Source: Camelus dromedarius
Lineage: Eukaryota
Assembly (NCBI RefSeq): GCF_036321535.1
Contig: NC_087447.1
Coordinates: 43,278,001 to 43,342,000 of the forward strand
DNA: 64,000 nucleotides
Direction: 5' to 3'
Below are positions 12,901-26,100 of this stretch, in pieces (the stretch's first letter is position 1; each line of letters starts with the position of its first letter). Both the position numbers and the translations under genes were made by a program. Under the pieces are notes generated by a model, which had not been told where the DNA came from, did no database searches, and saw only the letters and a program-made list of their open reading frames with translations.

Positions 12901-15900
12901 ACAAATCCAGTGAAACGAGGAGGCTCCAGGAGTGGGCAGCAGTGCCACGTGCAGGAAAGCAGGCTCCTGGTACAGCCGCAAAGGTGCCAAGTTGACTGCA
13001 ATTCCCCAGCCAGGGCAAGATTGTACTGGGCGGTGTTTCTGCCTGACAACAATGTATCTGGAACACATAACAGCTGTCCCTGGTGATTAACAAAAGACTC
13101 CCCTGCACGTAGCTGAACAATGACAAGAATGACGGCTGTCTCCAGGGAGAGCAGAACCAAAGCTCCTCTCACCTCCTCAGCAGGCCCCATCCCCTCTTCG
13201 TCCCCTCCTCCCCTACCAGACCGCCCAGACCTGCCTTCTCATTTCCCAATGTGGCACCTTCCCTCCTCAAGACCCTCCCTGGCCTGCCGCCTTCCGATGG
13301 GCACTGTTATAGACAGCACTAACCGATAACCACGAGAGGAGACAGTAATGGCTTTTTAATGACTCGGACTCCAATTATGGAATCACTGCCAAGGCCAGGC
13401 TGCCAGCTGCAGCCCTGCCAGGAAACTCGGGCGGGAGACAGGGCCCTGATGATGGGTCCTCCAGCTGCCCCAGGCGGCTCCTTCAGGACAGTCGCCTCGT
13501 TGAGGGGCCGGACTAGGGAGGCCCAGGAAAGCACTGGCCACAGGCTCGTGAAGGCCAGAGAAACCCAGTCTGCTATGTCCACCCATCCATCTGCTCTGTC
13601 CAAGGCCAACCACATGGCCCCTCTCCTCCCAGGGAGACAGCCCCTCCACATCCCCTTGATTCTTCAGAGGCACTGAATAGATATCTGGAGTGAACCACGT
13701 GTGATGACAAATGAATCAGGGACACTTCTCCCATGGGCTGGAAAAGCCAGGTCCCCCTCTCTTCTTAGACCCCACCGTCCACGCCCCGCCTAACCCACCA
13801 GAGCTGACCAGAGGCCTGTGGGCGAGGCCAACCTTGGGGCAGACCCACTCTCTATGCCCACTCCCTGCCTTCTGCCCTCACTCCTTGCCCTCGGTCATGG
13901 TGGAAGCCGCCCCTGCCGGACTCAGGCAATCAGGGAAGTGGGCTGTCAGGGGAGGAAATACGACCCAGGGTGGCTGGCTGCGAACTCCATGCCCAGTGCC
14001 AGACCCCCCAACACGTCCAGATCTGTGGCTTCTGTTGCCTAGTGGCTACTTGGAACATCGCAGAAACACAGTGGTGGAGGTAGGGGGCAGCTCCAGAAGG
14101 GAGAGGACCACATTGCTCACAAGAGCTCCAGCCTCCCAGGATGAGGTGTCTCCCTTCCACTGGGAGCCACTGGCTCCCAAACTTACCAGGTGCTGACTTG
14201 ATAACTCTGAACTGCTGGGGAAGATGCCCCAGAATCAACCCTCCACGTCACACTCTTTTTTTCTAAAGCAAGTGACACAGGTGATTCTAATGCTCAGCTA
14301 TGCAAATGGACACCAGGAGCCACAGCTGGTGATGGCTAAAGAACAAAAAAGTAATTGAGCAGCTACAAAGCTGGAAGTATGCAAATACAGCCTTCTGCTC
14401 AGATAGGGAAAGAAATTAGAGTGTGTGCAGATGAGTGTGTCTAACGCAGCCCCAGGTAAGACTGTGGAGGGGTCAGCTGAATAGCTAGAAGGGACGTGAC
14501 CACTGGAGCAAGGCCAGGGGTGCCAGCAGGTCAGGGCACACTTGCTCAGGCTGATCAGAAAGACAGGAGCACAGCACAGCCAGGCTTCCGCAAGAACTAC
14601 TGGGCCCGGCGACGATACCCTGTGGGCAGGACGGAGCCATGGAAGTGGTGTGTGAGGCCGGTTAGACAGTGGAAGGCTTTGGCAACAATGCATCATGCCA
14701 TTGTCAAGGACAGTTTCTAGCATCACGCTTCACTTGGTTAGCAAGCTTATTGATGACCTGACACAAGGCAGGCCTCTCAACAGACTTACAGGTTTCAGGG
14801 TAGAAGAGATACTGACTGTTCACTAAGACAGTATGCATTCAGAAGACCCTGGAAACATAAAAGGGGGTGGTTAAGTCTTACAGGCGGGCCGCCAAACCCA
14901 GGCCTCCCCACACAGGCAGAACAGAGGAGATGGGGCTTCACACCAGCCTGATGAAAGACTGCAGTTTTGTTTACAGAAGCCTCGAGGTGACCGGTCAGTA
15001 TCAAAGCCGGCTGACAGGACAGGGAGGGCAGCGACAGGACCAAGGAAATAACGGCCTCACTCTGCTCAGGGCTGGACAGGCCACACCGAGGCCCCTGCAT
15101 GCAGCGCCAGGACCCATGCGGGAGGAGGGCATCCACAGCGTCCCTGCTCCCTGAACCACTGCTATCAACCTTGAGTGTCCTGCTCCCTCTACCCCAGGCA
15201 GCAGAAAGATTTCCCAAGGACGCTCGAGCTGGGGGGGTGGGGGTGAGGGCGGGGGTGGAGAGAGAGTCCCTGTGGAACTGGAAGCAGAGGTCCTGCTCCT
15301 CCTTCCTTTGCCGGAGGTGAGGCGTGGGCCAGAGGCCCAGCACCGCTGAGGCTCCCTGCAGCAGCAGAAATGAGAGAGTCGGGGGTCTTACTTAATCAGT
15401 AATCATTCTGCGTCCCCGTAAGCAGAGAAGTATGTTGAGAATCTTGCAAGAACCAAGAAGAGGGGAAACCCAGAGACAGGATTGGGCTCACCCCAAGGGA
15501 GAATTTTCTAATGGTCTTGGCCATCTAATAAAAGGCCGTTTGCAGGGAGGCTCCAGGAGCCTCAGAGCCACACAGGGGACTGGACAGCCTGGGAGGACCC
15601 CTCCTGCCTGAGATTCTCATTCTCTGAGAGCCCTGCTTTTCCAGCAGCACCCCTGAAGCCCCACTGTGAGGGCAGAGTACTGCATTCCTCGGGTGTGGGG
15701 CCAGGAAAGCCAGAAGTCCTAAAAGCTACCTGGGGATGCCACTCTGATTCAAAGCAGTGGGCATCCTGTCTATGCTGGGTCACGCCAGGCACTCTCCTGC
15801 TCTCCAGGAGTTCACTGCCTGGTGAGGGAGACACCAGGCAATGGTCGCAGGACCATGCAGACCGAGCACCCAGGACAGGGCCGGCCATAACTCCCACCCT

Positions 15901-18772
15901 CAATACACCTGACTCTCTGCAGTCCACCTACAACTCACAAAACGTTATCAAGTCATGAGCCAGAATCAGTTACTGTGCCTCAAGAACACAGGTGATAAGA
16001 ATGGCAGAAATAGAAATGATCAGTAGTAATAACAGAAAAAAGGCAAAGTTATTCTAATTGTTACACTTTATAAACTAAATGGTTCCCTTCTAAGTCAGAA
16101 GGTGAGATTAATCCATGATTATAAACTGAGTTACAATTATCCTTAAGAAGATTATCACCATCACTGCTTCAAAGAAAAGGAGCCAGGCCCAGAGAATGCA
16201 GGTGCAACCACTGCAGAGGGAGCAGAACCCCCATCAGGAGAGCTAACAAGGTATCGACTGACCTCTCGTCCCCAAACCACATGACACATTCCAGTTCTGA
16301 CACGCTGTGACATGAGGGAATCCCACACCACAGCCTGCACACGCGCTCATCCTCTCATCTGTAAGTGCACTGCCTTGCCGTCTCCTGCCCCAGTTTTCTC
16401 TGTGATCAAGCAGGCATGTGGCTTTGACTGCAATCAGCAGCCTCGTTAGTGCAAGAGGCAATTTGCAGCTCCTCCTCTCAGCCAAATCTTCCTCTTCTGG
16501 AAGTCTACACCCAAGTCCAGCACTTTCCCAGGCTCAGAAAAACCCCAGGAATGCAGGAGAGAGTCTGGCAACTTCTGACTACAGCCTGCCCCCTGCTATA
16601 CCCTCCCTGCCCCAGACCAAGAAGGCAGGGGTGGCAGAGCAATGGGACAGTGAACAGTGTAGAGCCGCAAGAGTGCCAAGCTATTGCTTGGGGCTAGGCT
16701 TCAGGGTGGCAGGACTCAGTGCTCCAGGTGGAGTGTGTGGGCCCAAGGAAGGAATGAGGGGCTGGAGTGGCCAGGCCTGGGCACTTGCTGGAGGACAGAG
16801 CCATTTTCCAGAGACAGCCCCACCTTCTAGAGCCCCCTTTCCCAGAGGCAGGTTAAGCCTCCCCACTTTGAGGCAGGCCTTCTCTGAAACCTGTGTGCTC
16901 ACTCTACAAGTTGCCTTGGTCCTTGGCTCCTGGGAGAGGCTTCCTTGAATCATGACCTGGCCTGGCCCCCAGCCAGATCCTAAACACACCATCATGTCCA
17001 CTGCCCCAAGCACTGCCCCCTTCTTTCTCCTAAGTTTGTGCTCCCCACCCTGCCATCAACACCCCCATTCAGGTACTTCCACAGCATGTGAGGCCTCTCC
17101 GCCCACAGGCGCTGCCCAGGTACTTCTGCTGGATGGTTAGAAAAGGTTAATGAAACTTTGTGTGGTTGTGCTGTCTTTCAGAAGTCCTGAGCCCACATGT
17201 GTCAAGAAAGCCACAATGCTCCAGGAACTACTTGTGCCCCCCCGCCAGGATGCCTGTGCAGGGTGACAGTCCTCTCCTGTCTATGAGACTCTGAGGTGTG
17301 ACTACACATGTCTGCAGGAAACCACGGGTGCATGTGTGTGTATCGGTCGGGGGGCACCCACAAATCCTACCTGGGAAGCCCTGAAGCCCCATAGGAGCTG
17401 AGATTAGAGACAACAATTCTTAAGAGAAACCTTGAATCCCCAGGCCAGTGACAGGTGCTTGTTTGCAGAAAGATCTGCTTTTAACAAGCTTCAGGCGGTT
17501 TCAGCTGGTTTCCATTTTGGATGCTGTCTGGACAGACTCATAGAAGAGCTCTGTCAGAATTATCTTCTATCAGTGCCTGGAATCAGGTCCCTTTGAGAGC
17601 AGTCTGTTACCAGGCAGGTCCAGAGGTTCTGTGCCTACCAGCCACAGGCATGTGCATCTGGGTGGGCAAGAACATAGTGGACCCTTGCAGTGGGGCACCC
17701 CTTTTACACACAGGCTTCTCACGGGAGGCCTGGAGATAGCCCCGTAGCCCATGGCAACCAAAGAGCCAATAGGTGGCCAAGGATCTGGCGCTGCCATGGC
17801 GATGAGCTCTTTTCCAGTGGTAATGGAGAGAATAGAGTTGAGCGGATGGGGAAGGGCCTGCACCTGTGCAAAGCCCCAGAGACTTCTCCCCCACTTCAAT
17901 CTCTGCTCAGGGGAAAGCCCAGCTGTCTTTGGGACAGACCACAGCGTCAGGGAACACAGGGTGGCTGTGCTTCCCAGAGCGTGCCTGGGTTCGTAGGTGC
18001 TCTTGTGCATGCAAGTCAATTCTCATGTACTGTGAGTTGGTATGTGTCCAGGTGTAACCCAGTTAGCAAGTGGATTTCTCAGTCTCTGAAACACATGAGT
18101 AGTACTTGTGTGGGAGTAGTAGGTGGCAGGTATCCTCCAAATTGTTTTTGTGCACAGATAGGAGTGCATCTGTGTAAGCCTGAGAATCAGTACGTGCGTA
18201 TGTGTGTGTAGTGATACACGGTGCATGTATATACGAGCAGCCTGTGGTTTGGGTTCGGAATGACTGTCTCCAGGAATTCACGCTCTGAGTGTAGGAACCG
18301 ACCAGCAGGAGCGTTTTATGGTCTGTGGGTGCATGCCTGCGGATGTATGGGTGTATGTGTGCACACGGATATACTAGAGTGTGACCCTGTGTGCTGGGCC
18401 TAGGAGGGGGCTCAGCACAGTTCACTCCCTCCCCAGGCGGTCACACGGCGCTGCCGGCCCCAACAAGGCCCACACAGGCCCAGAGCACTGGCCCCTTCCA
18501 GCAACCCAGTCGTTTAAGGGGGCAGAGCAGGCGGGTTCGGTCCACCAGGGCCCCCAAAGTTGAGGTAGAAAGGCCCAGCGCCTCCAACCCGCGCCCCTCA
18601 GTGTTGCCCCACGCCCCGACCCGGCGTCCCCAGCCAGCCCTGCGCCCCGAGTTCGGATAGTGGGCACCCCGGCCCGGCACCCTCGACCCTGCCCCACCCT
18701 CGGCGTTGGAGGGTGGTGGGCTGGGCCCGCGCCCTGGAGTTAAAGAGAAGGTGGGGGCTGGCGCCCGCGTAC

Positions 18773-18810
18773 CTGTAGGGAATCCAGTCGGAATGCGGCT
18801 TGGAAGTCAT
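18773..18810 (-). CDS. TUB: TUB short-isoform first coding exon (MTSKPHSDWIPY-S)
   Basis: ATG at 18810; 38 nt encoding the known tubby N-terminus MTSKPHSDWIPY, then AG|gtacgc donor (phase 2); lies in a CpG island. Confidence 0.97.
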
Positions 18811-19038
18811 GTCTCTCGGGGGCGGGGCGGCGGCTGCGGCTCGGGAGGCCGGGGCCCGCGGGGGCCGGCGCGGGGGCCCTGCTCAGCTCCCGGGCCGCCC
18901 CGGGCCGCATCCTCCCGAGCCGGGGCGCTGAGCCCCGCCGAGGCCCGCGCAGCACGCCAGGGCCCCGGCCCCGGGCTCGGCAAGCGGCTGCCCGTGCGGC
19001 GCGGAGCGATGGGCGAAGCGGCGGAGAGCGCGGGGGCG

Positions 19039-19058
19039 GCGCGCGCGCGCGCGCGCGC
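19039..19058. repeat. (GC)10 perfect dinucleotide run
   Basis: Directly visible gcgcgcgcgcgcgcgcgcgc. Confidence 0.95.
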
Positions 19059-21267
19059 AACTGGGAGAGGCGGCCCGCACCGCCCGGCCACCAGTGGGGC
19101 TCGGTTCCGCGCCCGGGCCGGAGTGCTGCGTGGCAGCGGCGGCCCGCCCCCGACGGAGACCCCACCCCCAGGCCGGCTCTGGCGTCCCCAACGCTCCGCT
19201 TCCCGAAACCTCGGGTCCCCAGGCTCTGCACACGTGACCGCGCCCGCGCCCACCTTGGGTGAACAGGCGCCGCCCCTGGGCGGTCCCAGATCTCTGAACC
19301 TCAGTTTCCTCCTCTGTGAAACGGGGATGATTCTAACACCCACCTACCTATCTAACTGGCCTACCTATCTCCACTGATGAATGGGAAACCGCTGCTCATA
19401 TTGGGGTGCGGGGTCGGGGAGGGGAGAAGTGGGGGTGGGAGTCCATTTGCATAGGAAGAGAATGATGCCAGAAAAGACCGAAAGAGGTCCTGCGAACCTC
19501 CGGGTTCGAAGCATGGAGGCTGGTCTTCCCCGTTCCCTGCCACTCCGACCGCCTCCAGTTCTCACATGCCCCAGGGAACCTTCTTTCTTAGGTTTTAGTA
19601 CAGAAGGTATTTCCTCACTGCGGAGGAGTCCAACCCCTCTAAGTTAAACAGTCAAGACAAGAATAACATTTACTGTCAATTGCATCCCCAGCCCTCATAA
19701 ATTTATATTATTTAATCTTCACAATAGCCTTGGGAGGCAAGTAGTTACCCCTATTTCCCAGAGAATAAAGCCTCAGGAAGGCCAAAATGCCCAAGGACAT
19801 AAAGCTAGGAAGCGATAGAACAGAAAAGGAACCAGGATCTCTGTCCCCCAAAGCCCTTCTAGGGTCTACACTTAAATGCAGGCAGAAACCTCCCAACAAA
19901 GATAATCTAAAAGTCTCAAGAGTGCTGAGAAGGTCTTGGCTGTGATGGGCACCAACTTTAAAGCAAATTGTGGCATGTTGAGGTGAAGGGTACAAGTCTA
20001 CAGCAGGGCTGGCCGGAGCAGGAAGGAGAGGCAGGTGATCAGGGAGGGAGCTGCCAAGGGGCACAGTCCCATGCTGCAGGCAGGCACCCTGGATTCAGCA
20101 GCACCATCCCCCAAACCATGCCAGCAGAGTGGCCACATGGGATCCTAGGACTGCCCAAAAGTTGGAGAGAGAGTGTGAGGACAGCCAGCTGGGCTGAGGG
20201 AGGGGCCCCTCCTGCTGCTCTGGGTCCACAGCCATGACTCTCCACCCCAGGACTCTCTCTCCCAGGCCTGCAGCCTTGCTCATTAGCTATAAAAACAGTA
20301 ACCAAGATATCTGGAGCACTTGCTGAGCACCGGGTGCTAGCTATATACTATAACTCGTGTAATTCTCACAAACACCCGAGGAGGTAGGCGCTGTATTTAT
20401 AGCAGAAGAAACTGAAGTACTGAGAAGGCAAAGATCTTGCCCAAAGTCACAGGTCAGTGGTGAAGCCAGGATTCACACAAGCAGTCTGGGTGCACAGGCC
20501 TGGGCCTTAGCCTCCTTCCTGCCTATCACAGCTCTTGCACTGCACATGCAGGCACGTACACACATCCAGTCTCCCTCTTCAGGCTTCCGGAGTGCAGGAC
20601 AGGTCAGACCCATGTCCGTCTGGCACAGCATCGAAGCTCTCTGAAGGCTGTGACCTCTGATTATTTATCAACTTCCAAGAGCTATCACGGTCAATGAGGA
20701 CAGACAGCTGACCAAAAAATAAAAAATAAAATCATCCCGGTGGGGGGCTGGGGGGGTGCGAGGAGAAAGTAGGGCTGTCCCCTTGCTGCTGGGACACCTG
20801 GCCTGGGCCTCCATTTTCACCTCTCTCAGGCTCCCAGGACTGGTCCCTGCCTTGGAGGCCCAGGCAGCACAGCAAAGCATGCCCCAAGGCTTCTGTCTGT
20901 CAGGACCTGTGGACAGAACCCTGTCTAGAAGCGAGAGGTCAGCCCCATCCTCCAGACCATCAGCAGCTACCACTTCAGAGATGAGCTCAGAAGACTTTGT
21001 CTTCAAGAACTTGAGGCTGCCTTTCCCCTTTAGTCCCAAATTATCTGACACCTTAAAGCAATCAGAATCAAGTTGGAAGGTCTCAGGAGCCTGGAGTAAT
21101 TGAATCTATTAAATAGACACTTTAGGTTCTGTCCTAAGGGAGCAAAATCTGGAGGCAGAGTGAGGTGCAGAAATAAGACGGCTTTCTACGTCTCCTCCTG
21201 CAGAGCTCTGTGTGCACTTGGGATGTGGGGGAGCCAGTGGGGCTGTGTGCCACAGCTGTGTGAGTGG

Positions 21268-21272
<5 letters not shown>

Positions 21273-21303
<31 letters not shown>
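21273..21303. repeat. (TG)n microsatellite
   Basis: Directly visible. Confidence 0.95.
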
Positions 21304-21305
<2 letters not shown>

Positions 21306-22681
21306 GGTGTCCCTGCGGTCAAAACATTTGTTAGTTGGTACACTGCTGTGTGCACATGGGAAGGATCTAAGTGTGTGCTTTCATGAGTTCTAAGAGGATG
21401 TGTGAGTGTTCATACTCAATTCAGAACAGGCAATGGGTTTTCCTGCTCCAGTGGCTTCCCTGGTTGCCATTTTAAGCATGTGTCCTTGGCTTCCACTAAA
21501 ATGCCACTCCGGAAAGCCACGTGAGGAATGTTGCACTAGGTCAAAGTTAAAATGCAGCTGGTCTCTACATGACCCTTCAAGAAGTACCTAAGCTTTTCAA
21601 ATTTAGCTCAGGAACAAGCATACCGTGCCTGAAACGTGCCACACCCAGTGCACCCTCCTCACCACCTGTCCTGTTCCTCAAGGATGAGGTATTGCTGTGA
21701 ATTTCAATTCTCCTGATTGCATCGTAGGCATTTTCAAGCATGGTCATAGTTTGTGAGGGGAGTAAAAGAACACATGGGGACAGAAGCAGCCCAAAGGAAA
21801 CCCTCACACCTGCCACTCCAGCTGGAGAGGATCCCGGTGCAAGCTCCCCTCAGCAAGGCCAGTTCACCTGAGGAAGGAGGTTAGCTTTTTGGCAACTTGC
21901 TACTTCCCTGTGGAATCTTAAATTTTCTGTTTCTAATTTAACACTTTTATTGAGTGTGGGCCACCTCTCCTCAGTTTTGGAAGCAAAAGGATATGAATAA
22001 TAAGTGAATATCTCTTCTGATTGGGCACCCAGTCCCAGGGGGCCCTGCCTCATAGCTTGGCATTCTACCCTTGCCTTCTGAGGAAGGTGGTTCAGTCAAG
22101 CAGACATCGACTCCACCTGGCTGGGCTCAAGGGTCCAGGCAGCACTTTGGCCAGCGTCAGGCTCAGCCCTGCTGTCAGGGAGCTCTCAGTTTGGGCAGGA
22201 GAGACAGAAAGCACCAAGATGCTGGTGTCACAGTCCAGGTGCACAAAGTGCAGGCGGTGGCCCACAGGATTGAAGGGAGGGAGTCAGATTAGGGCAAGCG
22301 TTTCCTGAGAATGAAAAAGGATGACAGTGGAATCAGGTTTTGAAGGATGAGGAGAGTTTCGATAGATGTGAGAAATGGAGGGGGGAAGTTGAACAGTTCC
22401 TGAGATTCTACACTGGCCAGGTGCGCTGCTGGGCTCAGTGACCAAGGGGCATTCCAGACAGAGAAGATGATGCGAGGCAACACGTGGAGATGTGACAGTA
22501 TGTGACCAATGCACTTGAAAACCTTGGCAAACCACCTCACGTGGTGGCATACAGGTGAGTGGCTGAGTGTGGCAGAAGGGCCTGGAAGTTCAGGTAGGGC
22601 CAGATCGCAGGGCCCCGTGAGCACCAGGCTGGGGGGCTTGGATTTTATCCTGTAGCTAATGGGGAATCACCAAAGGGTTTT

Positions 22682-23118
22682 TCTTTTTTCTTTTTTTGAT
22701 TGAAGTATAGTCAGTTGACAATATTGCATCAATTTCTGGTGTACAGGATAATGTTTCAGTTATACACATACATGCATATATTCATTTTCGTATTCTTTTC
22801 ATTACAGATTCCTACAAGATATTGATTATAGTTCCCTGTGCTATACAGAAGAAACTTGTTTATTTTATATACAGTTATTAGTATCTACAAATCTCGAACT
22901 CCCAACTGGTCGCTTCTCACCCCTTTTCCCCTCTGGTAACTGTAAGTTTGTTTTCTATGTCTGTGAGTCTTCTCTATTTTGTAAATAGGTTCATTTGTGT
23001 CTTTTTTTTTTTTTAAGATTCCAGATATGAGTGATATCATATGGTATTTTTCTTCCTCTTTCTGGCTTACTTCACTTAGAATGACAATCTCCAGGTCCAT
23101 CCATGTTGCTGCAAACAG
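22682..23118 (-). mobile_element. 5'-truncated L1 3' end inserted into an L2
   Basis: Poly-T tail at left; ATWMDLEIVILSEVSQKE-type 3' sequence; exact 12-bp TSD ccaaagggtttt (22670-22681, 23119-23130) at a TTTT/AA endonuclease site. Confidence 0.9.
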
Positions 23119-26100
23119 CCAAAGGGTTTTAAGCCAAGGGTAACCTGTCCAGATGTAACTTTTAGAAAAATAGAATTGAGAGCAAGATGGAGGATACAAG
23201 GAGACAAGACTAGAGGAATTGAAAACTAGTAGATGATGAATAGGAAAGTCCAGAACAGAGATGAAAGGCCCTACACCAGAGCCCAGTGCCCATCAAAGCC
23301 GTGGGGCAGACATCATGGCAAGATGGTGGCACACGTGTGGGCAGCCAGAGTGCCCCCTGAAACCCCCATTCCAGCAACTGCAGAATATGCAAAGACCATC
23401 GCCCTGTGAGACATGATTAACGTGGGATGAAAAGGCTTACTGCTGTCTCTGAAAAAATGTAGGGTAACCACTAGTAGACTTAAAAAAAAATGTCTATTTT
23501 CCAAATCACTACTGAAGATAGTAACAAATAAAAATCTCCACCACAACAGAAACAAGCATAGACTAAAGGAAACTTTCAACTCAGAAAGCATAAAACAAGG
23601 CAACAGAAAGCAAACCAAGTGTTAACAGCGATGAAGTCCATGTAAATGGGGAGCCTGTGACACGGGGTCAGACATGACTCATTTGTGGAAGACACGCTGC
23701 TCTATGCCAGGCACCCTCTACGGGTTTCATAAAAGCAATATGCACAACACATTGATGAAATGGGACTCTCCCTCTGAGGTGCCAAGTTAATAGATGTCAC
23801 ATTCCAGAGTGAGGTGGGACACCGTCAAAGGTGACACAGAAAAGAGGCTGGACCATTAGCCAGCACTCATCTCTGGTACATCAAAAATATAAGAGGCTGA
23901 ACAAAGGGTTGTTGGAGGCTTAAGAGGAGTTTTAGAGAGAGCCCCCAGGGTCCAGGGAGCCCCAAGTGGGAGGGAGAGAGGGCTTGAGGAAGTCCACCAG
24001 GGGAGCTCACTGGGTGACAGTGGTCTTGGGGCCACCATGCTGGGGCATCTAGGTGACATCTGCCCTGATGGCTGAGAGGGTGCTGCAGCTTCAGGGTCAG
24101 CCTGTGCTCTCACGTTTGTGGGGTGATGGATACAGGAGTGTATCCTGTGGACCAGTGTGGACCCAGGCATGAGGGATGGGTGTAATTGTCTTAGATCCCA
24201 GCCAAGAGGGCCCCCTCGTCGGGGGAGGTCACAGTTGGGGAGGGGATGAGCCCAGCTTTCCCATGGCCTGAGAATGAATCCATGGGACGAGCCATGGGAA
24301 GAGAGCATCACTCACATCAAGGGAGCTGCCCTTGCGGAGACACCCCAATGATGGAAGGGTCTTCAAGAACCCACACAAGCGCCCCAGCGAGAGAGATGGC
24401 CCAGAGAGGGTGACACCAGCTCATCAGTCAGGCAAGAACTTTCCTGCCCCTCTCCTCGCCTGTCCCCACTTTGTGCCTTCATCTTGGACCCCGGAGAGAG
24501 TCGGAACCACAAGATGGACCCTCTCCCACAGCAGTCGGCCTGCAGCAGACTGTGATGGGAAAGAGAAGCTGGGGTAACTCTGAAGTTTACATTTTTTTCT
24601 TATCACAATAGAGAGAACATATTAATTACTGACAGGACAACCTTTGGTTACCTGGAAATGGCCAGGAAAGTCATGGGAATTTCCCTCAATTTCATCTAGG
24701 TTTAAGGGGAAAAACAGACCCCCTAGAATAAAATTCGAGAGACCACGGGAGACAAAAATTAAGCTGGCTGAGTGACTCCAACTCATGAGTCATGCCTGTT
24801 CAACCCAACAGTTACACATAGCTTCCCTCATTTAATCTGCACAACAACGCTGTGAGGTAGCAATCATTATTACCCCCATTTTGCAGGTGAGAAAGCAGGT
24901 TATATAACCTGCTCAGAGTCCCACAGATAATAAGTGAAAGAGTTCAAATCCCAACTCAGGCAGTGGAGACTTCTAGAGCCCACAGGCTTAACGGCAATCC
25001 TCTGGAGAAAACCCAGAGATGAGAGCCTTAGCCCTTCGATTCATTAATTCCTGTCCTAGAAATCTAGCCAAGAGAACCATGCACTGGAGTCAAAAGTTAA
25101 TACACAGAGACAGTCATCACAGCTTTATTTCTAATGGGGGAAATTAGCAGGAGTCGGGGGCCCAGAAATGTCTATCAGTTGGGACTTGGTTGGGTAAGTA
25201 ATTCTACATTCACAGGATGGATCACTACGCATCCTTTACAAGGAATTTAATGACAGAGGAACAGATGTACGAGATGAGATACAACACTGGAGGAAAGTAT
25301 AATGTCCTATAAAGAACCTCCGCACATTAGCACGTGCATGAATGATCTCAGAAGAGGTTGTCCAGGATGAGAAAGACATAGTCTAGTCCCTCTGCGAGGC
25401 CACCCTAGGACCACATCATCCTTTCCAGGTGGTTCCTCCTTCCAGGTCTCTGCTTCCTCTTACGTCTTTCCAGCTTTTGGCTCCTTAGACCTCCTAGTGG
25501 CCCCTACCCAGCCCAGACAACACCCCACCACTGTGGTCAGGGGAGACAGATGGTAAACACACTCGGAGCACAATGGGACCGGTAAATTAATAACTAAGAC
25601 TTGAAAAGCTGTGCAATTGAGCTATTATAAAGATGACACCCAGGTGGCCACACTCGAATGCACGCAAGCATAAAAAGCGTCTGCAATTTTGAGCAAGGTG
25701 ATTGATCTTGGAGGGGCATGGGGAAGTGTGGGAAGGATGCTTAACACCTGCTCTTCGCTCAGTTTACCAGCTCCACTTTGAGGATCTGCTGAGCATTTTC
25801 TGCTCAGAGGTCCTGGACAAGGGTGGGGAGATGACTGGGAATCTAGAGCTGAAGCACAGTGTCCCCGTCCTGGGGAGGCTTGTGTTCCCAGCCAAGTCTT
25901 CCTGCCTACTTCCCCACAGGGCATCTAAGCCCAGCTCTCCAAGGAGCAGGGGCTGAGTTATAAATAGGAAAAAGCTTCAGGGGAGAAGCGCCCAGGCCCC
26001 TGTGCTCAGCCAGCAGGAGGGGTTTGTTTTCCCAGCATTATTGGATTTGCAGATAAGCAACAAGGAATTAGGCTGATCAGGAAGAGAGGGAGGGAGCTCT

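Larger units (their letters stand above)
18400..19300. promoter_or_regulatory. TUB: CpG island / promoter of the short TUB isoform
   Basis: Very high GC and CpG density with GC boxes surrounding the ATG exon. Confidence 0.92.

Noticed and set aside
18706..19377. 223-aa plus-strand ORF and other long ORFs over the promoter
   Set aside because: Stop-poor GC-rich sequence; Ala/Gly/Arg/Pro low complexity; no homology recognised.
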